Positions 39,532-53,779 of a stretch of 64,000 nucleotides of DNA are shown piece after piece. The DNA comes from Octopus sinensis. Its lineage: Eukaryota. The stretch covers positions 202,802,001 through 202,866,000 of the forward strand of contig NC_042997.1 of NCBI RefSeq assembly GCF_006345805.1, in the 5' to 3' direction. A program made the translations under genes and the position numbers. The notes beneath the pieces are model-generated. The model made no database searches and was not told the origin of the DNA. It saw only the letters and a program-made list of their open reading frames with translations. Within the stretch, counting starts at the first letter, position 1. The number at the start of each line of letters is the position of its first letter.

Positions 39532-40134
39532 CCTTTCTACTGGAAGCACAAGGCCTCAGATTTGGGGGAAGGGATTAAGTCGATTACATTGACCCCAATG
39601 CATAACTGGTACTTAATTAATTGACCCCAAGAGGATGACAGGCAATAGTCGACTTCAGCAACATTTGAACTCAGAACGTGAAGACAGATGAAATACCACT
39701 AAGCATTTCACCTGGCATTCTAATGATTCTGCCAGCTCACCACCTTATATTATAATAGTAATAATAGTAATAATAATAATAATAATAACCAGGAAAGTAT
39801 TAGATAGCTAAAAATAACAGATAATATGGTGCTGTAGGCTGCAGCCAGCAAGCCCACTATGCATGCAAGATTCCAGGAGTTCCAACAAAACTGGAGTTAA
39901 TAATAATAATAATAGTAGTAGTAGTAGTAGTAATAATCCTTTCTAGTATAAGCACAAAGCCTGAGACTTTATGGAGCAGATGCTGGTCAATTATATTGAC
40001 CTCAGTGCTCAACTGGTAATTATTTCATCAACCTCAAACAGAGAAAAGGCAAAAAAAAAAATCAAAATGTGAACATTGACAAAACACTCAAAAGCAGTTT
40101 GTCTGGCATACTAACAATTTTGGCAGCTTCAATT

Positions 40135-40492
40135 TCCTTTCCAAGTGAAACTTGAAGAAGTCAATGAGAGCTTTACCAAAGAGGAATGTATCTGTCCTCT
40201 TGCCTTTCAGCTTTGTCCATCAAACAACCTCTTTCACCACAGCCACCAGGCAAAGAAAAGCTGCCTTGCCTGCCCAATTGAAGGAGGGTGATGGTGCAAT
40301 CATCACTATAGACTTGACCAACAGCCGAATCCACCCCACATGTGACAGCAGCTGTTTGACATAACCCCACAAGTCAGCAATGCCCAGACACTGAACGAGG
40401 GCATCCAGAATTGTTTCGTCACTCTGTGTGCACTTCAGACAAACCCGTTTGACAGCACATCCATGCCTGTAGAGTTTATCTTGAACCAATAA
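40135..40492 (-). mobile_element. L1/Tx1-clade LINE C-terminal fragment
   Basis: LVQDKLYRHG...CLKCTQSDETILDALVQC...LWGYV, a zinc-knuckle-type region after RT. Confidence 0.65.
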
Positions 40493-40494
40493 TG

Positions 40495-40683
40495 AACATA
40501 TCAGTACCAATAGATGACAATGTATCTCTAAAAGGAATGGAAAAACTATTGAAACACAAAGATCTGGAAATAGAAATAACCCAAATGTGGGCCTTGAAAA
40601 CAAACAATCTCTATAATAATAGATGTTTTGGGAACGATAAAAAAGACATGAAAACAAATACATAACCAAAACTCCAAGACTTA

Positions 40684-40718
<35 letters not shown>

Positions 40719-40880
40719 CATACAAAAAATAACACCATGCACATCTTATGTAGAGCACTTTCAATCATGTAGAAATAATAACACCAAAACAAACCACAGG
40801 ACATACCCAAGACACACGGAGCTATGCTCAGTAGTGCAGAGAAATCACACAATAAAAATAAGACTGCTGATTGATAATAA
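40495..40880 (+). mobile_element. Decayed R4/Dong-like 3' fragment
   Basis: EKLLKHKDLEIEITQMWALKT resembles the RLE C-terminus. Confidence 0.6.
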
Positions 40881-40989
40881 TTATGGTTTTAAATTTTGGC
40901 ACAAGATCAGTAATTTTTTTAGTGAGAAGGCATTAGTGAATTACATCAACCCCAGTGCTTGACTGGTACTTATTCTGTTGACCCCCCAG

Positions 40990-41045
<56 letters not shown>

Positions 41046-41662
41046 TCTTCCTACTATAGGCACAAGGCCTGGAATTTTGTGGGGAGGGGCTGCTTGATTA
41101 CATCAACACCAGTGTTTGACTAGCACTTATTTTATCAACCCCGAAAGGTTGTCTGTCCAATAATATCAAAACACCAAGGTTTGTCCAGTAATATCAAATA
41201 TATGCCAAAATGGATCACAGACACAAACTGAAATATGCAGAATAACATATGGAACTGCTATGTGACACATCAAACCATATGGCGTCCTAACTGAAACTTT
41301 TGTACAGGATTAATCCTGCATTGCTAGCATAGGGCAGAGGATGAGGTAGTGTTCTAGAAAATTTTCAAAGTAATTTCTACCTACACACACACACGCACAC
41401 ACACACACTAACACTCGCTCACACACACACACACACACTAACACTCACTCACACACACACTTATCTATGTTTAAATATACATACATATGCATACATACAT
41501 ACATACAGACATACATACATACATACATATACACATATACATACATACATACATACATACATACAAACATACATACATACATATGTGTGTGTGTGTCTCT
41601 ATAATATATATGTATGTATGTATATATGTATGTATGCGTGTGTGTGTGTGTGTACACATACA

Positions 41663-42790
41663 TATGAGGTACATCCCAAAAGTTTTGAGACTATATTTAG
41701 GAAAGATAGTTAGAGCTGTCCCAGATTATTGTAATTTTAGTATATCGTTGCTACACATCTAATAAATTAACCTGCCAACATTTGTTATTCCAGATTGAAG
41801 GAAATGGTTGTAACAGCGCCTTGAGCACACTCTGCCAAGCACTGCTTGTCACAACCGACCAGTTGGCAGTATGCAAACAAGTCAAATTGAAGACAATTTG
41901 GAAACTCACTATGCAATCAAATTTTGTATTAACCCTTTAGTGTTTAGATTATTCTGTCAAATGTGATGTTTGTTTATTTAAAATGGTTTGAATTAATCAT
42001 GCATTATCTTGTAGTTTAGAGATTTTGGTGATGTGATTTTTTAGTTTTAGAATGACATGGTAGGGCTGAGATGAAAGGTGCGATCTGGTCAGTTTCAATA
42101 TATAACAAGTTAAATATTTTGGCCAGATATGGCCGGTTTGAATGCTAAAGGGTTAAACTGGGCAAAAATACTACAGAAACCTATAAAATGCTCCCTTTAG
42201 CTAATGGATTAACTTTTCTGCTGGCACAAGAGGTTCTTGGATGGTACAGGGGAGAGGAGAGATGATGAGAAGTGTGGGAGGGACAGGGACATCAGAATAT
42301 CAGAGCTGGTTGAGTATATTTACAATTTTCTGGATGAAGACCTTCAAGTGTTTATTAAAGACAGTAAGCATGCAGTTGGTGTGGTAACTGTACACACAAT
42401 CATTTATGAAGATTTGAGCATGTGCATAATTTGTGCAAAGTTTGTTCCCGGGGTGTTCAGTAACGAGTATTCTGGTAACTAACTACTTGATAAAGATGGG
42501 CATCAAAACTATCTGTCACCCTCTCTACAGTCCAGACCTTGCTCCCTGTGACTTTTGGCTGTTCCACAACCTGGAGGAGAACTGCAGGGGCAGTTGTTTT
42601 AAAGACATTGTGAAGATGAAGGAAGCTGTGACAAGAGTCTTGGGCATTGTCACTTTGGAGGATTTCCATGAGGCCTTCATGAAGTGACTGGGGTGCTACA
42701 AGTGCATTGAAGTCAGAGGATCATACTTAGTACATTAGAGTTTTGTATTTCTTCAAAATTAATGTCTCTTTAGAACAATCTTCCGAAATA
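41663..42790 (+). mobile_element. Mariner transposon, internally deleted, interrupted by a MITE
   Basis: AIKFCI/KLGKNTTETYKML (HTH), ICAKFVP, HPLYSPDLAPCDFWLF. Confidence 0.85.
41933..42152. mobile_element. piggyBac-type MITE with TTAA TSD
   Basis: TTAA-CCCTTTAG ... CTAAAGGG-TTAA. Confidence 0.8.
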
Positions 42791-42791
42791 C

Positions 42792-43070
42792 GTCATCATC
42801 ATCATCGTTTAACGTCCGTTTTCCATGCTAGCATGGGTTGGACAGTTCAACCGGGCTCTGGGAAGCCAGGCGGCTGCACGAGGCTCCAGTCTGATCTGGC
42901 AGTGTTTCTACAGCTGGATGCCCTTCCTAACGCCAACCACTCCGTGAGTGTAGTGGGTGCTTTTTACGTGCCACCAGCACAGGTGCCAGGCAAGGCTGGC
43001 AACAGCCACGATTGGTTGGTGCTTTTTACGTGCCACCGGCACGGAAGCCAGCCAAGGCATCGCTGGCATC
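42792..43070 (-). mobile_element. RTE 3' end (family D), young copy
   Basis: Reverse complement of the conserved block. Confidence 0.85.
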
Positions 43071-43877
43071 AGACATCTTGTACATATTTGTATATAATTT
43101 TCAAATATAAGCTAAACTTATATTTTATGTTCTTTACCCCCTCTATGATACCATCTCTGACATTTGTTTTACATTCTCACCCTCCCACTTGCTAGTTTCT
43201 TATTTTTCCAGTCATTTTTTCTCATTTTCTCTCCCACTCATTCTCTTCATCATACTCAAGCTTCCCAGCTCACCACTGTTGAAAGATGTAATGTACATGC
43301 TCTCTCTCTCTATCTTTGCTCTCTCTCTCTCTCTCTCTCTTTGCTATCTCTCTTTCTCTCTCTCATTGCTCTCTCTCTTTCTCTCTCTCTTTGCTCTCTC
43401 CCTTCTCTCTCCCCTTCTCATCCCCTCTCCCTACTTTTCTTTTTACATTAGAGAACATCAGAAATAGACAAACGTCTCCAGTAAAGACAAAAATTTCTTT
43501 TGCTATTATCTACATTGATTCATAAAATCAAATTTTTAGGGTGACTAATCAAGAATCATGTTTAGGAAAAAATGTTTTATTTTAACAGTAGATGTAAAGA
43601 GAAAAGGTACCTATATATTTTTCTACCTACTGATACAAAATAGAATAGCTATTTGATATCATTTTCTGTATTTAGAATAGTTGTTTGATATTATTTTCTA
43701 TTTATGCACAGACCTGGCTAGGTGCAGGTGTTAAGAAGTTTGCTTCCTAATTGCATGGTTCCTCATTCAGTTCCACTGCGTCACACTTCAAGCAAGTGTC
43801 TTCTACTATAGCCCTAGGCTAACCAAAAGCTTATAAGTGGATTTGGTAGGCAGAAACTGAAAGAAGCCCATCATGTA

Positions 43878-44180
43878 CTCATCATCATCATTTAATGTCC
43901 GTTGTCCATGCTGGCATGAACTGGACGGTTTGATTGGAAATGGCAAGCTGAAAGGCTGCACCAGACTCCAGTCTGATTTGGTATGGTTTCTACAGCTGGA
44001 TACCTTTCCTAACACTAACCAACCCAAGAGTGTAATGGGGACTTTTACATGCCACCAGCATGGGTGCTGTTTGTGTGACACCAGTATCTGCCATGACTGC
44101 AATTTTGCTTGGCTTGATAGGTTTTCTTCTCAAGCACAACATAATGCCAAAGGCTTCGGTCATTCGTCATTGTCTCCTTG
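43878..44180 (-). mobile_element. RTE 3' fragment (family D), older copy
   Basis: DLKETMTNDRSLWHYVVLEK ORF end plus UTR. Confidence 0.75.
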
Positions 44181-44999
44181 AGGTCCACTGTATGTATGTC
44201 TGTGTTTCTTTGTCTTCTTGACATTGCATAATAGGTGTAAGTCAGTGACACAGTTATACAAGAAAGTGTTGTTCAGTTACAATATTTTACATAGACATGT
44301 CTGACGATATTACCTGGCTTGGAAACGGACGATGGTTGGCAATAAGAAGAGTATCCAACCATAAAAAAAATCTGCCTCAACAAACTCTGTCTGATCCATG
44401 CAAGCATGGAAAACTGAATATTAAAACAATGATGATGATGATGACGATGACGACGACGACGACGATGACGATGATGATGATGATGATGATGATGATAATG
44501 ATGGTGATGATGATGTCACATGGGGAAGTTTTGGGGAAACTTAAGAATCAACAAAACGAAAGAAAAACTCTCAGAACAGAGGATAAAATGAATGTTTTAA
44601 AATAAATTAATTTTTGTAAAGTTGATTAAGATCGATCTTTCGTGTAATTACTACATGTAACACCTGCTGAAAGAAGAACTAGATGATCTTCCAGGTATTG
44701 TGAAAAACATCAATAAAGTTTTTGTGTCAGGTGAAGCTATAAAATGTAAATACGTTCATGATTATATATGACATTTACTAGAAAAATCATATATTACTAA
44801 ATTAGCTATTAGTGACAGGAGCAGTGTTTATAATGAATAACAATTAGCACAGCCAACTTAAATTTGATGTGTTGCTCAGATTGCCCTTAAACTGCTGTTA
44901 ACCTCCAGAGATACCATCTTATGTTAACAACACACACTAATTAAACACCAACTATATTAGCTGATGAAATGATCAACTGCTCTGATGAATGGTACTATT

Positions 45000-46018
45000 A
45001 TATCATGTGATTTCATTGTTTCAGTGGATCATCAGTGGCAGCCAGCCTTGCACCAAATGCCAGAGTACCTCCTTGATCTTGGTCATCAGCTTGGCCTTGA
45101 TGTTGTAGGCAGAGTGGTTGGTGTGTTTCTCATTTATGCTCCTCATATAGTAATCCAAGAGATTACAATTAGGGGAATAAGGAGGTCAGAAATTGGGGCT
45201 GATGAAGTCAGAGAAATTCCGCAACAACCACTTTAGGCTATTTTTGGAAGTATGGCAAGGAACTGAATCCTGCTGTCACATATATGGCCTTCCAGCAGCA
45301 ACCATCTTCAGCCGCCAGAGATTGACTACGGTCTCCAACAGCTTTACATAGCCTTCTGAATTGAGCCAAAAGCCCTTTTCAAAGATGTGGGGATGAACTC
45401 CAGCATGCAGACACAGTCATAATGCCTGCTGTGTCCCTTCCTGCTTGCCATGGCTTTGTATTCTCCATTGTAGTTGTCTTTATCACATATTATAGCCTTT
45501 AAAGCAGTGGCTCTTAAACTTTTTCAGGTTACTGCCCCCTTGACACCCAGGCTACATTCCTAGCACCCCCATCTCAACTAACCATCACAAATATAGACCT
45601 CTTTCTGAAGCAAATTCAAAGCAACTGTATCTCATAAATAAAACTTAACCTAATGAACCCATCATTTTGTTTTTACATGAATAGCTATTCCATTACTGCC
45701 CCACTTTTCTTCAATGGCCCCTTGGAACTTTCCATAACCCCAGGGAGGCAATACCACCCACTTTGGGAACCACTGCTTTACGGTGTCCATAGAACAGTGA
45801 ACAGCAGTCATGATGTTGGCATTTTGATACCCAGCATGAATCGTCATGATAGAGGTAACTTTTTTCCAATATTCAGACAGCTTCCAGTCCTTCATGTCAG
45901 CTAACTTTTTTTAACTACAATCTTTATGCTCTCCAATACTGATGACTGTCCATCAATACATCAAGCCGTTCCTGTAAAAAAGAAACAAAAAGTCATCAAA
46001 CTTTGCTTGAATACCTTG
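45000..46018 (-). mobile_element. Tc1/mariner-superfamily remnant, interrupted by a hAT MITE
   Basis: Homologous to 14052-14880 and 28391-28960; right terminus ...GAATACCTTG-TA. Confidence 0.75.
45505..45775. mobile_element. hAT (Charlie-like) MITE
   Basis: CAGTGG...CCACTG ends; flanks CTTTAAAG / CTTTACGG are each one change from CTTTACAG, the empty site in the sister copy at ~14655. Confidence 0.75.
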
Positions 46019-46094
46019 TATATGTATACGCACACAAATACACACACGTACATAACTATACACACATAGATACATATACATACATAAGGGTAAA

Positions 46095-46432
46095 GGAGTA
46101 ACCCCCATCCCTTTGGTCATGAATGATCATAGGATTGCACCTAGACAGTTACCCTCTGAGGCACAAGTCTGGGCAAGGTTGTTTATGGAAGACCAGTAGT
46201 CACCTGTGCATACCAACCTCCTCTCTCCACACCACCAATGTTATCCAAAGAAAGGCAAAGGCTGATACAACTTGACACCAGAGACATCAGCACTCATTTC
46301 TACAGCTGAGTGAATTGAAGCAATGTGAAATAAAGTGTATTGCCCAAGAACACAGCACACAGCCTGGACCAAGAATCGAATTCTACCACATGATTGTGAG
46401 CCTGACACTCTAACCACTGAGCCATGCACCTT
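46095..46432 (-). mobile_element. SINE family C
   Basis: Matches 7741-8074. Confidence 0.8.
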
Positions 46433-46522
46433 CTATATGCATGCATACAAACATACATACATACATACATACCTACCTACATACATACATACATACATAC
46501 ATGCATACATATATACATACAT

Positions 46523-46571
<49 letters not shown>

Positions 46572-46619
46572 ATATAGTAGGAACAACAAAAATGTATACC
46601 ATCCAGTTAGAGATAAGTA

Positions 46620-47550
46620 TTATCTGATTTACACAGTATTGAAATAAGTGCTACTAATGGTTTCATGACATGGAGATGCAGTAATTCAGTACACATAGTT
46701 AGGCTCACTATGATTAGTCCTACTTGAAAACTAGATTGCTGGGTCATGAGAAAACACAACAAAAAACAAGAAGGTTGATGCAAAAGGTGGAATGAGAAGG
46801 CAAAGGGTGAATGAAACAGAAAAATGAAAGGAAAGAAAAGAAAGAAAAGAAAGGTATCCCCTTTATCTGTAAAAAATATAAAAGATCTTGTTGGCATAGA
46901 ATAATTCAATGGTGAAGAGGCCAAAGTCTATAAGACAGCTATTCAATCTGGAAAGGAAAATGCTCTCCAGTTTGACAAAAGAAATTTTTCTATGTGCTTG
47001 CATTTGCTGAAAATTTCAGATCTATGAGCAATTTACATACGGCAAATATTTCTCCACGATTTTTCACTTGACTGTATATATGTGTGTCTTCAGATTTCAT
47101 ATGTGGTTAGCCAACTTAGTGGCTTTATTTTTGTCAATGTGTCAGAAAGAAAATTTGTGGTTTGCATAATGTATTTCAAAATTGCCTTCATATTAGCCAA
47201 CATAATTTTTCTTTTTCATTATATTATCTAGTAGCACTGTTGTGACTGATCTTATAATCGACCGAGTTTATCAAACACACATGATCAAGTGAGCAAGCTT
47301 CAGAGTCTCAACAACTGAGAGTGGACTCTTGGTGTGGCTTGCAAGAGATAATGTCCTTCATATTGGTGCAGCAGGTGTATGACATTTTTATTGAGTGTCT
47401 ATCAAAAATCTTTCTGTATTAATGGTTTACTAGGAAATACTGATCTAATAATGCCAGGAATTTTTAGCCTTTGTTAGTTTTAACATTTTTTAACAAAATT
47501 GAAGAGGGCAATATGTTGTTTTCCTAGGTCTATTTTTAGGTTTCATATTT
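46620..47550 (-). mobile_element. Penelope-like element 3' remnant (GIY-YIG endonuclease pseudogene plus pLTR)
   Basis: KNYVG*YEGNFEIHYANHKFSF*HIDKNKATKLANHI*NLK...VK*KIVEKYLPY matches the PLE endonuclease pattern; multiple stops. Confidence 0.75.
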
Positions 47551-48132
47551 TTAATTGAAGTGTTGTAAGACATATTTGAAGCCGCTGCTGACTAGGGCAT
47601 TTTCATAATAGGGGACTTGTTTATGTTTCTATAACTTAGTGGTTTGGCAAAAGAGAGCAATAGAATAAGTACTGTGGTTGATTTGTTCGACTACAACCTT
47701 TCAGGTCAATGCCTCATCATGGTTGCAGTCCAGTGACTGAACCCGGTGGAAAGGTATATTTATACATATATTAAATGCAGACATGATTCTTTGGTCCTTA
47801 AGAAGTTTACTTCAAAATCTCCTGGTGTGTGTGAGAGCATGTATGTGTGTTTGCAACTCTTTGTCCTGATAATGAATGAAAGTTACTAAGAAGTGTCACC
47901 GTCATATAAGTGATGCCGTTTGTTTCCGATCTTCCATGAAAATATGTCTAGCCCTGGGGAAATAAGACCTTTTTTGTAACATGTGAAAGCTTGGTGGAGG
48001 GAAAGTCATCTGCAAAATTTGCCCCAAGAAATCCCGTCAGACCCAAACAAGTGAGGAAACAAAAGTGAATGTTAAATGATAATGATGATTATGGTGATAA
48101 TGGTATATGTACATTCAGACATGTATATTTGC

Positions 48133-48168
<36 letters not shown>

Positions 48169-48502
48169 AGACACACACACACACTCACAGATATATTAAA
48201 TTATATATGAGTGTATTCTCTCACTAAATAAGGATAAGTGGATGTTAAAATGAGGGTACTACTGCTGTTGATGATGACTGTGATTATATATATACATATA
48301 CTTATATATCATATATATATATACACACAATACATATATATATATGCATGCATGTATGTGTATATATAAATATATACATACATATATATATATACATACA
48401 TTCATGCTTATATATACACCTATATTTGTGTGCACACCATATTTTCTATGTGTATAATATATATATATATTATACACATAATATATATATATTTGTATGT
48501 AT

Positions 48503-48543
<41 letters not shown>

Positions 48544-48789
48544 ACAATATATATATATATATATATGTATGTATACAATATAATATATATATATATGTAT
48601 GTATATATACTCTATTAATCTTATATTTGTGTGGATGTGTATGCTTGTGTGTCGATATTTTCCTTCTCGTCTTCTCCAAGTTCCTCCAGATAAAGAAAGA
48701 AGAATTCTCAAAGAAAGTAAAGGAAGTTTAGTAGAGAAGGCAAGAAAAATAAAAAAAGGAAAAAGACGGATAGATAGAAAGAGATAGAA

Positions 48790-49400
48790 ATAGGCGCGAG
48801 AGTGGGGGGGGGGGGGGGTAAATAGAGAGAGTAAGCAATTGAGAGACGGTGTAAGTGTTAGCAGCAGCAGGAGCAGCAGCACTGTGGTCGTCTGTTTGTA
48901 TGTAACATGGCGGCAATCTGGTGACTCAGCCTCACGTCTTGTCGCTGGCAACGTGTAACTCTTATAGGCCTGCATTTGCTGGCTTTTTCACGCACACATT
49001 TCACTGAGAAAAGTCACTAATTGTGGATACAATGGATACAAATGCAATTAGCTATAAAATCGAGCCTGTAATGAGAGAAGGTACGCTTTCTTTGATTTTC
49101 CTCCATACATAGCATAACATAAACTGTTTTAATTTGTAAATACTCGGTAGCAACATACACTAAGAATGAAGAAAAATTGTTGTATATGCTTTTTGTTTTC
49201 GCGTGTAACACATATTTCACATATTTATCGTACGGTTAGGAAGAACGAAACCTGTCTTTGTGTTGTGTACTAGAAATATTAAGGCATAATCCATACGCGA
49301 CTCTGTGTTTGGTGTCGCCGTCGTTGTTGTTATCGGTACATTATCTTGCAGCTCAGGCCGAAACAATGTGAAGACGACTACATACTTCCTGAGTGATTAT
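48790..49400. promoter_or_regulatory. CpG-enriched promoter-like island
   Basis: Non-repetitive, CpG retained. YY1-type AACATGGCGGC 48904-48914, AP-1 TGACTCA 48922-48928, ETS ACTTCCTG 49384-49391. Donor-like sites at 48851 (+), 49081 (+) and 49251 (-). Confidence 0.55.
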
Positions 49401-50266
49401 AATTCTTTTAATCGATTACATGCACATAGATATATGCATACAATACATACATACACACGCGTGTGTGTGTATATATATATATATGTATATATATCACATT
49501 TAAAAACTTGACAATTCATTCATTGCTTCAATGACAAAATGCCTGATTAATTTACGTGAAACTTGGATTTAAAAAATTTTATTCCTATAAAGATACATAT
49601 AAAGGTGTGTGTATATGTACACATATTCCACTCGTATTTATACATACTTTAATATATGCACATATACGTGTATTCATATACACACTTGTACGTACATATG
49701 TAGAGAGCACATATATATGTATGTTATTTATATTATGTATATATCATATACATACATATGCTTCAATGTCTATACATTTATTTATATACATATTTATACA
49801 CACGGGCACATAGGTACACACACGCTCACATGTACACACACACAAATACTGCATTACTTTGTAAGTCTTTGTATGAATATGTTCAGAGAAATGAATATGA
49901 ATATACATATATATATATATATATATACATACACACACACACACATTATACGCACAAGGTTTTCGCCAAAAACAATGACCGTTTAATTAAGTACCAGACT
50001 TCAAATATGTACTGGGGTCGATGTAATTAACAATATACATCAGAGCAGTCCGCTAGCATGGTCTGAAGCAAGTGAGCGAATGTGTGTACGTTACACGTAC
50101 GTATGTGTGTATACACAAATATTTTCATGTATATGTGATTATGTCTGCCGCTTATACACCTGTCTATGAGTATAATTATATACGTGTATAGGCGTGTATA
50201 TGTGTGTATATACATATAAACTTGTATGTATATATTTACAAGACTATATAAATATACATATGTATA

Positions 50267-50308
<42 letters not shown>

Positions 50309-50344
50309 AGAGAGAAAGAGAGATAGGTAGATAGATGTAAGTAT

Positions 50345-50760
50345 GTTAAGAGGCTTGCGTCTGAATCACATGGTTTCAGTCTCAGTCCCACTGCGTCGCA
50401 CCTTGGGCAAGAATCTTCTATTATTGCCCCAGCTGAACTAGAGTTTTGTGAGTGAATTTGATTGACGGAAACTGAAAGAAGCCTGTCGCATGCGCGTGCA
50501 CACACACATACACACGTGTGTGTCTCCTTATCTTCACATTTACACGATTGTTGTAAATGAACGTTACCATTACAAAGGCAGTTGTCAATCTTCCGGGAAA
50601 ATATGTCAGGCCATGGGGGGGGGGATAATTTGTTTCTTTGGGAAAAGATGAGGGTTGGTGACAAGAAAGGCATCCTACTGTAGAAAATCTGCTTGAACGA
50701 ATTCTGTCTGACCCATACGAGTATGGAAAGTGGATGTAAAGGAAATGATAATGATGATCG
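50345..50760 (+). mobile_element. Composite SINE: family A head plus family-D-like tail
   Basis: CAGTCCCACTGCG head, then GAAAGGCATCC...GTAGAAAATCTG and a (GAT)n-like tail. Confidence 0.65.
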
Positions 50761-51186
50761 CACATACACAAGTGTGCGTGCGAGTGTGTATATAATATAT
50801 TTGTATATATATATGTATATATGCATACATTTATAAACAGCTGTGTGCGTGTATTTGTACAAACATACAAGTATATATATATATATATATATATATATGC
50901 ATGTGTATGTTTATATATTTATGTACATGTATTGTGTGTGTCTATGTATGTATACCTATATATGTGTTTTTGTGTAATCTGTATATTTTATACATACATT
51001 TATATAATTGTATAAACGTTCATATATATGTATGTATATTTGTTATCAGCAGTTACAAAATAGTTTTCTTCTTGGCCTTCGAGTTACTTTTGTAGCTTCT
51101 GCAAGTAAAAATACATATAATCATTGTATGAGTTCTTTTTAACCTGTTCTACCAAAGCTAAATAAATATACTACATGTGTGTGTAT

Positions 51187-51227
<41 letters not shown>

Positions 51228-51739
51228 ATGTGTACAAAGTATGAGAACTAGTCATCAGAGCCTGCCTTTGCAGAGGATGTATCTTTGGCAATTCTCTCAA
51301 AAGGGAACAACTCAACAGTCTTATAAGGGCCTGTCAAAACTCCGACTAGGCCATCAGTCTGGGGAAGATGGAAGTTTTGAACCAAGGCTTTGAGCACTCC
51401 CCAACCATAACATGCTCTCTGGAGCTTGAGATGAACAGATGTATAGGAAGAGCAGCCTCAGTACTCACTAAGCGGACAAGGAGAGTCTATGAGAATATTA
51501 AGGTTCCTGTCTGTCATGTTTCTGATATGCTACTTTATGGCAGCGTGACCTTGAGCATCTGCTCCATGCAAGACTAGCATGGCATCTCAACACTTGGGAC
51601 CTACTCATTTCATTATCCAGATCCTGTATAGTGTCTAGTTCTGGTATTGTTTTTCCTCGCTCTGTATATTCATTTCTGTTTTCGATGTCTAATACTGAAG
51701 TACTTGAATGTTGCATTAAATTTCATATATTCTTCTGTC

Positions 51740-53700
51740 CATCAATACGAAATTTTGAGGTTTTATAAGCTTTTAATATTTTTGCTGCCTTCTGGTATCT
51801 TTGCATTATCAGCATAGCTTTGAGAGTGGCTGTGTTGAAAGTTCAGTTGAGCTATAAAAAACATTAATAGCCATTTCTCGTGGTATCCTGCAACAAATAG
51901 TTGATTTAGTACAGTGGGCACCGTTAGCTGCAATAATCAGACTTCTGTATTTTATTTAGCTGTTCTCCTACTATTTTGATGATACTAAAGTCATAAAGTT
52001 TGTGTCATATTGTCCTGTGATCAACCTTTGTCAAAAGCCTTTGCAAAGCCCTGGTACACGATGTCCAAATTTGAATAACTCGCCCAACAGCCATTGTTAA
52101 TGCTACAGAAGCTGTATGAAGCAGCTTCTGCCTGGCCAGAAACCATGCCAGGTATCGTTCAAGAAACTATTTTCCTTTAAGAACATAATCAATCTCTCAT
52201 TGATGTTTTGTTCCATTGCCTTCAGAGGTGCAGATCTGAACTTTTTGTATCAGCTCTGCTTTTTATAGGACACATGCCTGCCTTCAGGTTTTGGGGATTT
52301 TGATACTCTCCAGTAAACTTTGGCAAAGTAACTAAAGTAACTTGCCTAGCACTTCTTTGCTTGCCTTTAGAAGAATTATGGGAAGCCATCAAGGCTAGCT
52401 ACTGAATCTATACTCATTTTGCCTATGGCAGTTGATACAGCAGTTTCTTCTATGTTTATTCAACTGATGGTTATAACTCCTCCATGTAGGGCCACAATAC
52501 TGAAAATCTGTTGGTTCAGCGATTTGTGTACATATGGGTGGAGAATATAGTATTGAATTTTTCATTATTTCATCTATTTTGTGGTGCACAGAAGATGACT
52601 GAAGGAAAGTTGGGATTTTTTTTTAATGTTTTCTATAACTCAGATTACCTTTTTTGATCTCTTCATAGAATGTTTTATTTTATTCTCAGTATCTATGAAT
52701 AGTGCTTTTAGCTGTTTCCTTTATTTTCCCCTAGTATGTTTACTTAAAACACTGGAGACTTTTTAGCATCTCATAATAATTTTTCTATCTTAACGGATAT
52801 TTTTTTAACATTAAACTTCCTAAATGGAACATCTTTAATGTACATAGCTTGGATTACCAACAAAGATTCTTCTAGTTTTATGTCATTCTTTCATGGAGAG
52901 GGCTTGAGTCCAGTTTGTCTTACAAATTTCTTTTTCAATTGATTTTCCTTGAACTTCATCAAAATTATCTCATCAAAATATCTACAATATTATGATCAGA
53001 GAAGATTGGAGACATTGCTTTTACATTGTGGGTGGTATCTGTGTTATTTGTGAAGCAAAGATCCTGTGTGGTTAGCTCTAGTTGGTTAACTGACTATTTA
53101 TTCTATGCCAGTGAGATTAAGTACAGACTATGCTTGTCTACAATCTTATGATATTCCTGAAAAAATCTGCCCTTCTGGCCACTTGAAGTTGGGATGTTTG
53201 AAGTAATTCAATAGTAGTGTATTGGTATTTTGGCCCAGATTGGATAATATTAATTTTAACTTATCCTGGCTTTCTTTAAGTTTTGTCATAACTTGAAGCA
53301 TCTGGTGGTGGTGTGTGTGTGTGTTGTACATAATAATTGTGTTCAGTCATGTATGTACCATCAGTGTGTCACATAGTTTCTGTGTGACAGAGGTACTAAT
53401 GTTATTATGTCTTAAGGGTTCTATCATGTCAGAATGGAAGAGAACATATTTCAGTATGTTTTGTGTTTAATATGTCTGCTGACTGCTATGTCTCTGCCAG
53501 TGTTACATATGTTAGCTCATTGCACATGGCAAAATCTCTGTGGTAGGTAATTTTACTCCTATTGCTCAGTTGTAAAAGACCTAATATTTATGAAGAGAAC
53601 TTATGTTGCATGCAAAGCACAGAATGTAGTCATTTGGGGTTTGTTTGTTGAGGTGGCTTTGTGTGCTGAATGCAGATTAGCTGCTGTACCATCATCAAAT
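51740..53700 (-). mobile_element. Heavily decayed CR1/L2-group LINE (EN and RT remnants)
   Basis: VYQGFAKAFDKG (LDFxKAFDxV-like) near 52030 and FKHPNFKW (DFNxP-like) near 53190. Confidence 0.55.
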
Positions 53701-53779
53701 GTATGGATTTTGTTCTCTCAGAATATCTTGTCTCATGCTGGTGGCGTGCTGCTTGTTCCTTTTAAGTGAGTGTATTGGC

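Noticed and set aside
49071-49080. MRE start suggesting tubulin
   Set aside because: The fourth codon begins with G (not Ile or Cys) and no tubulin exons were found downstream.
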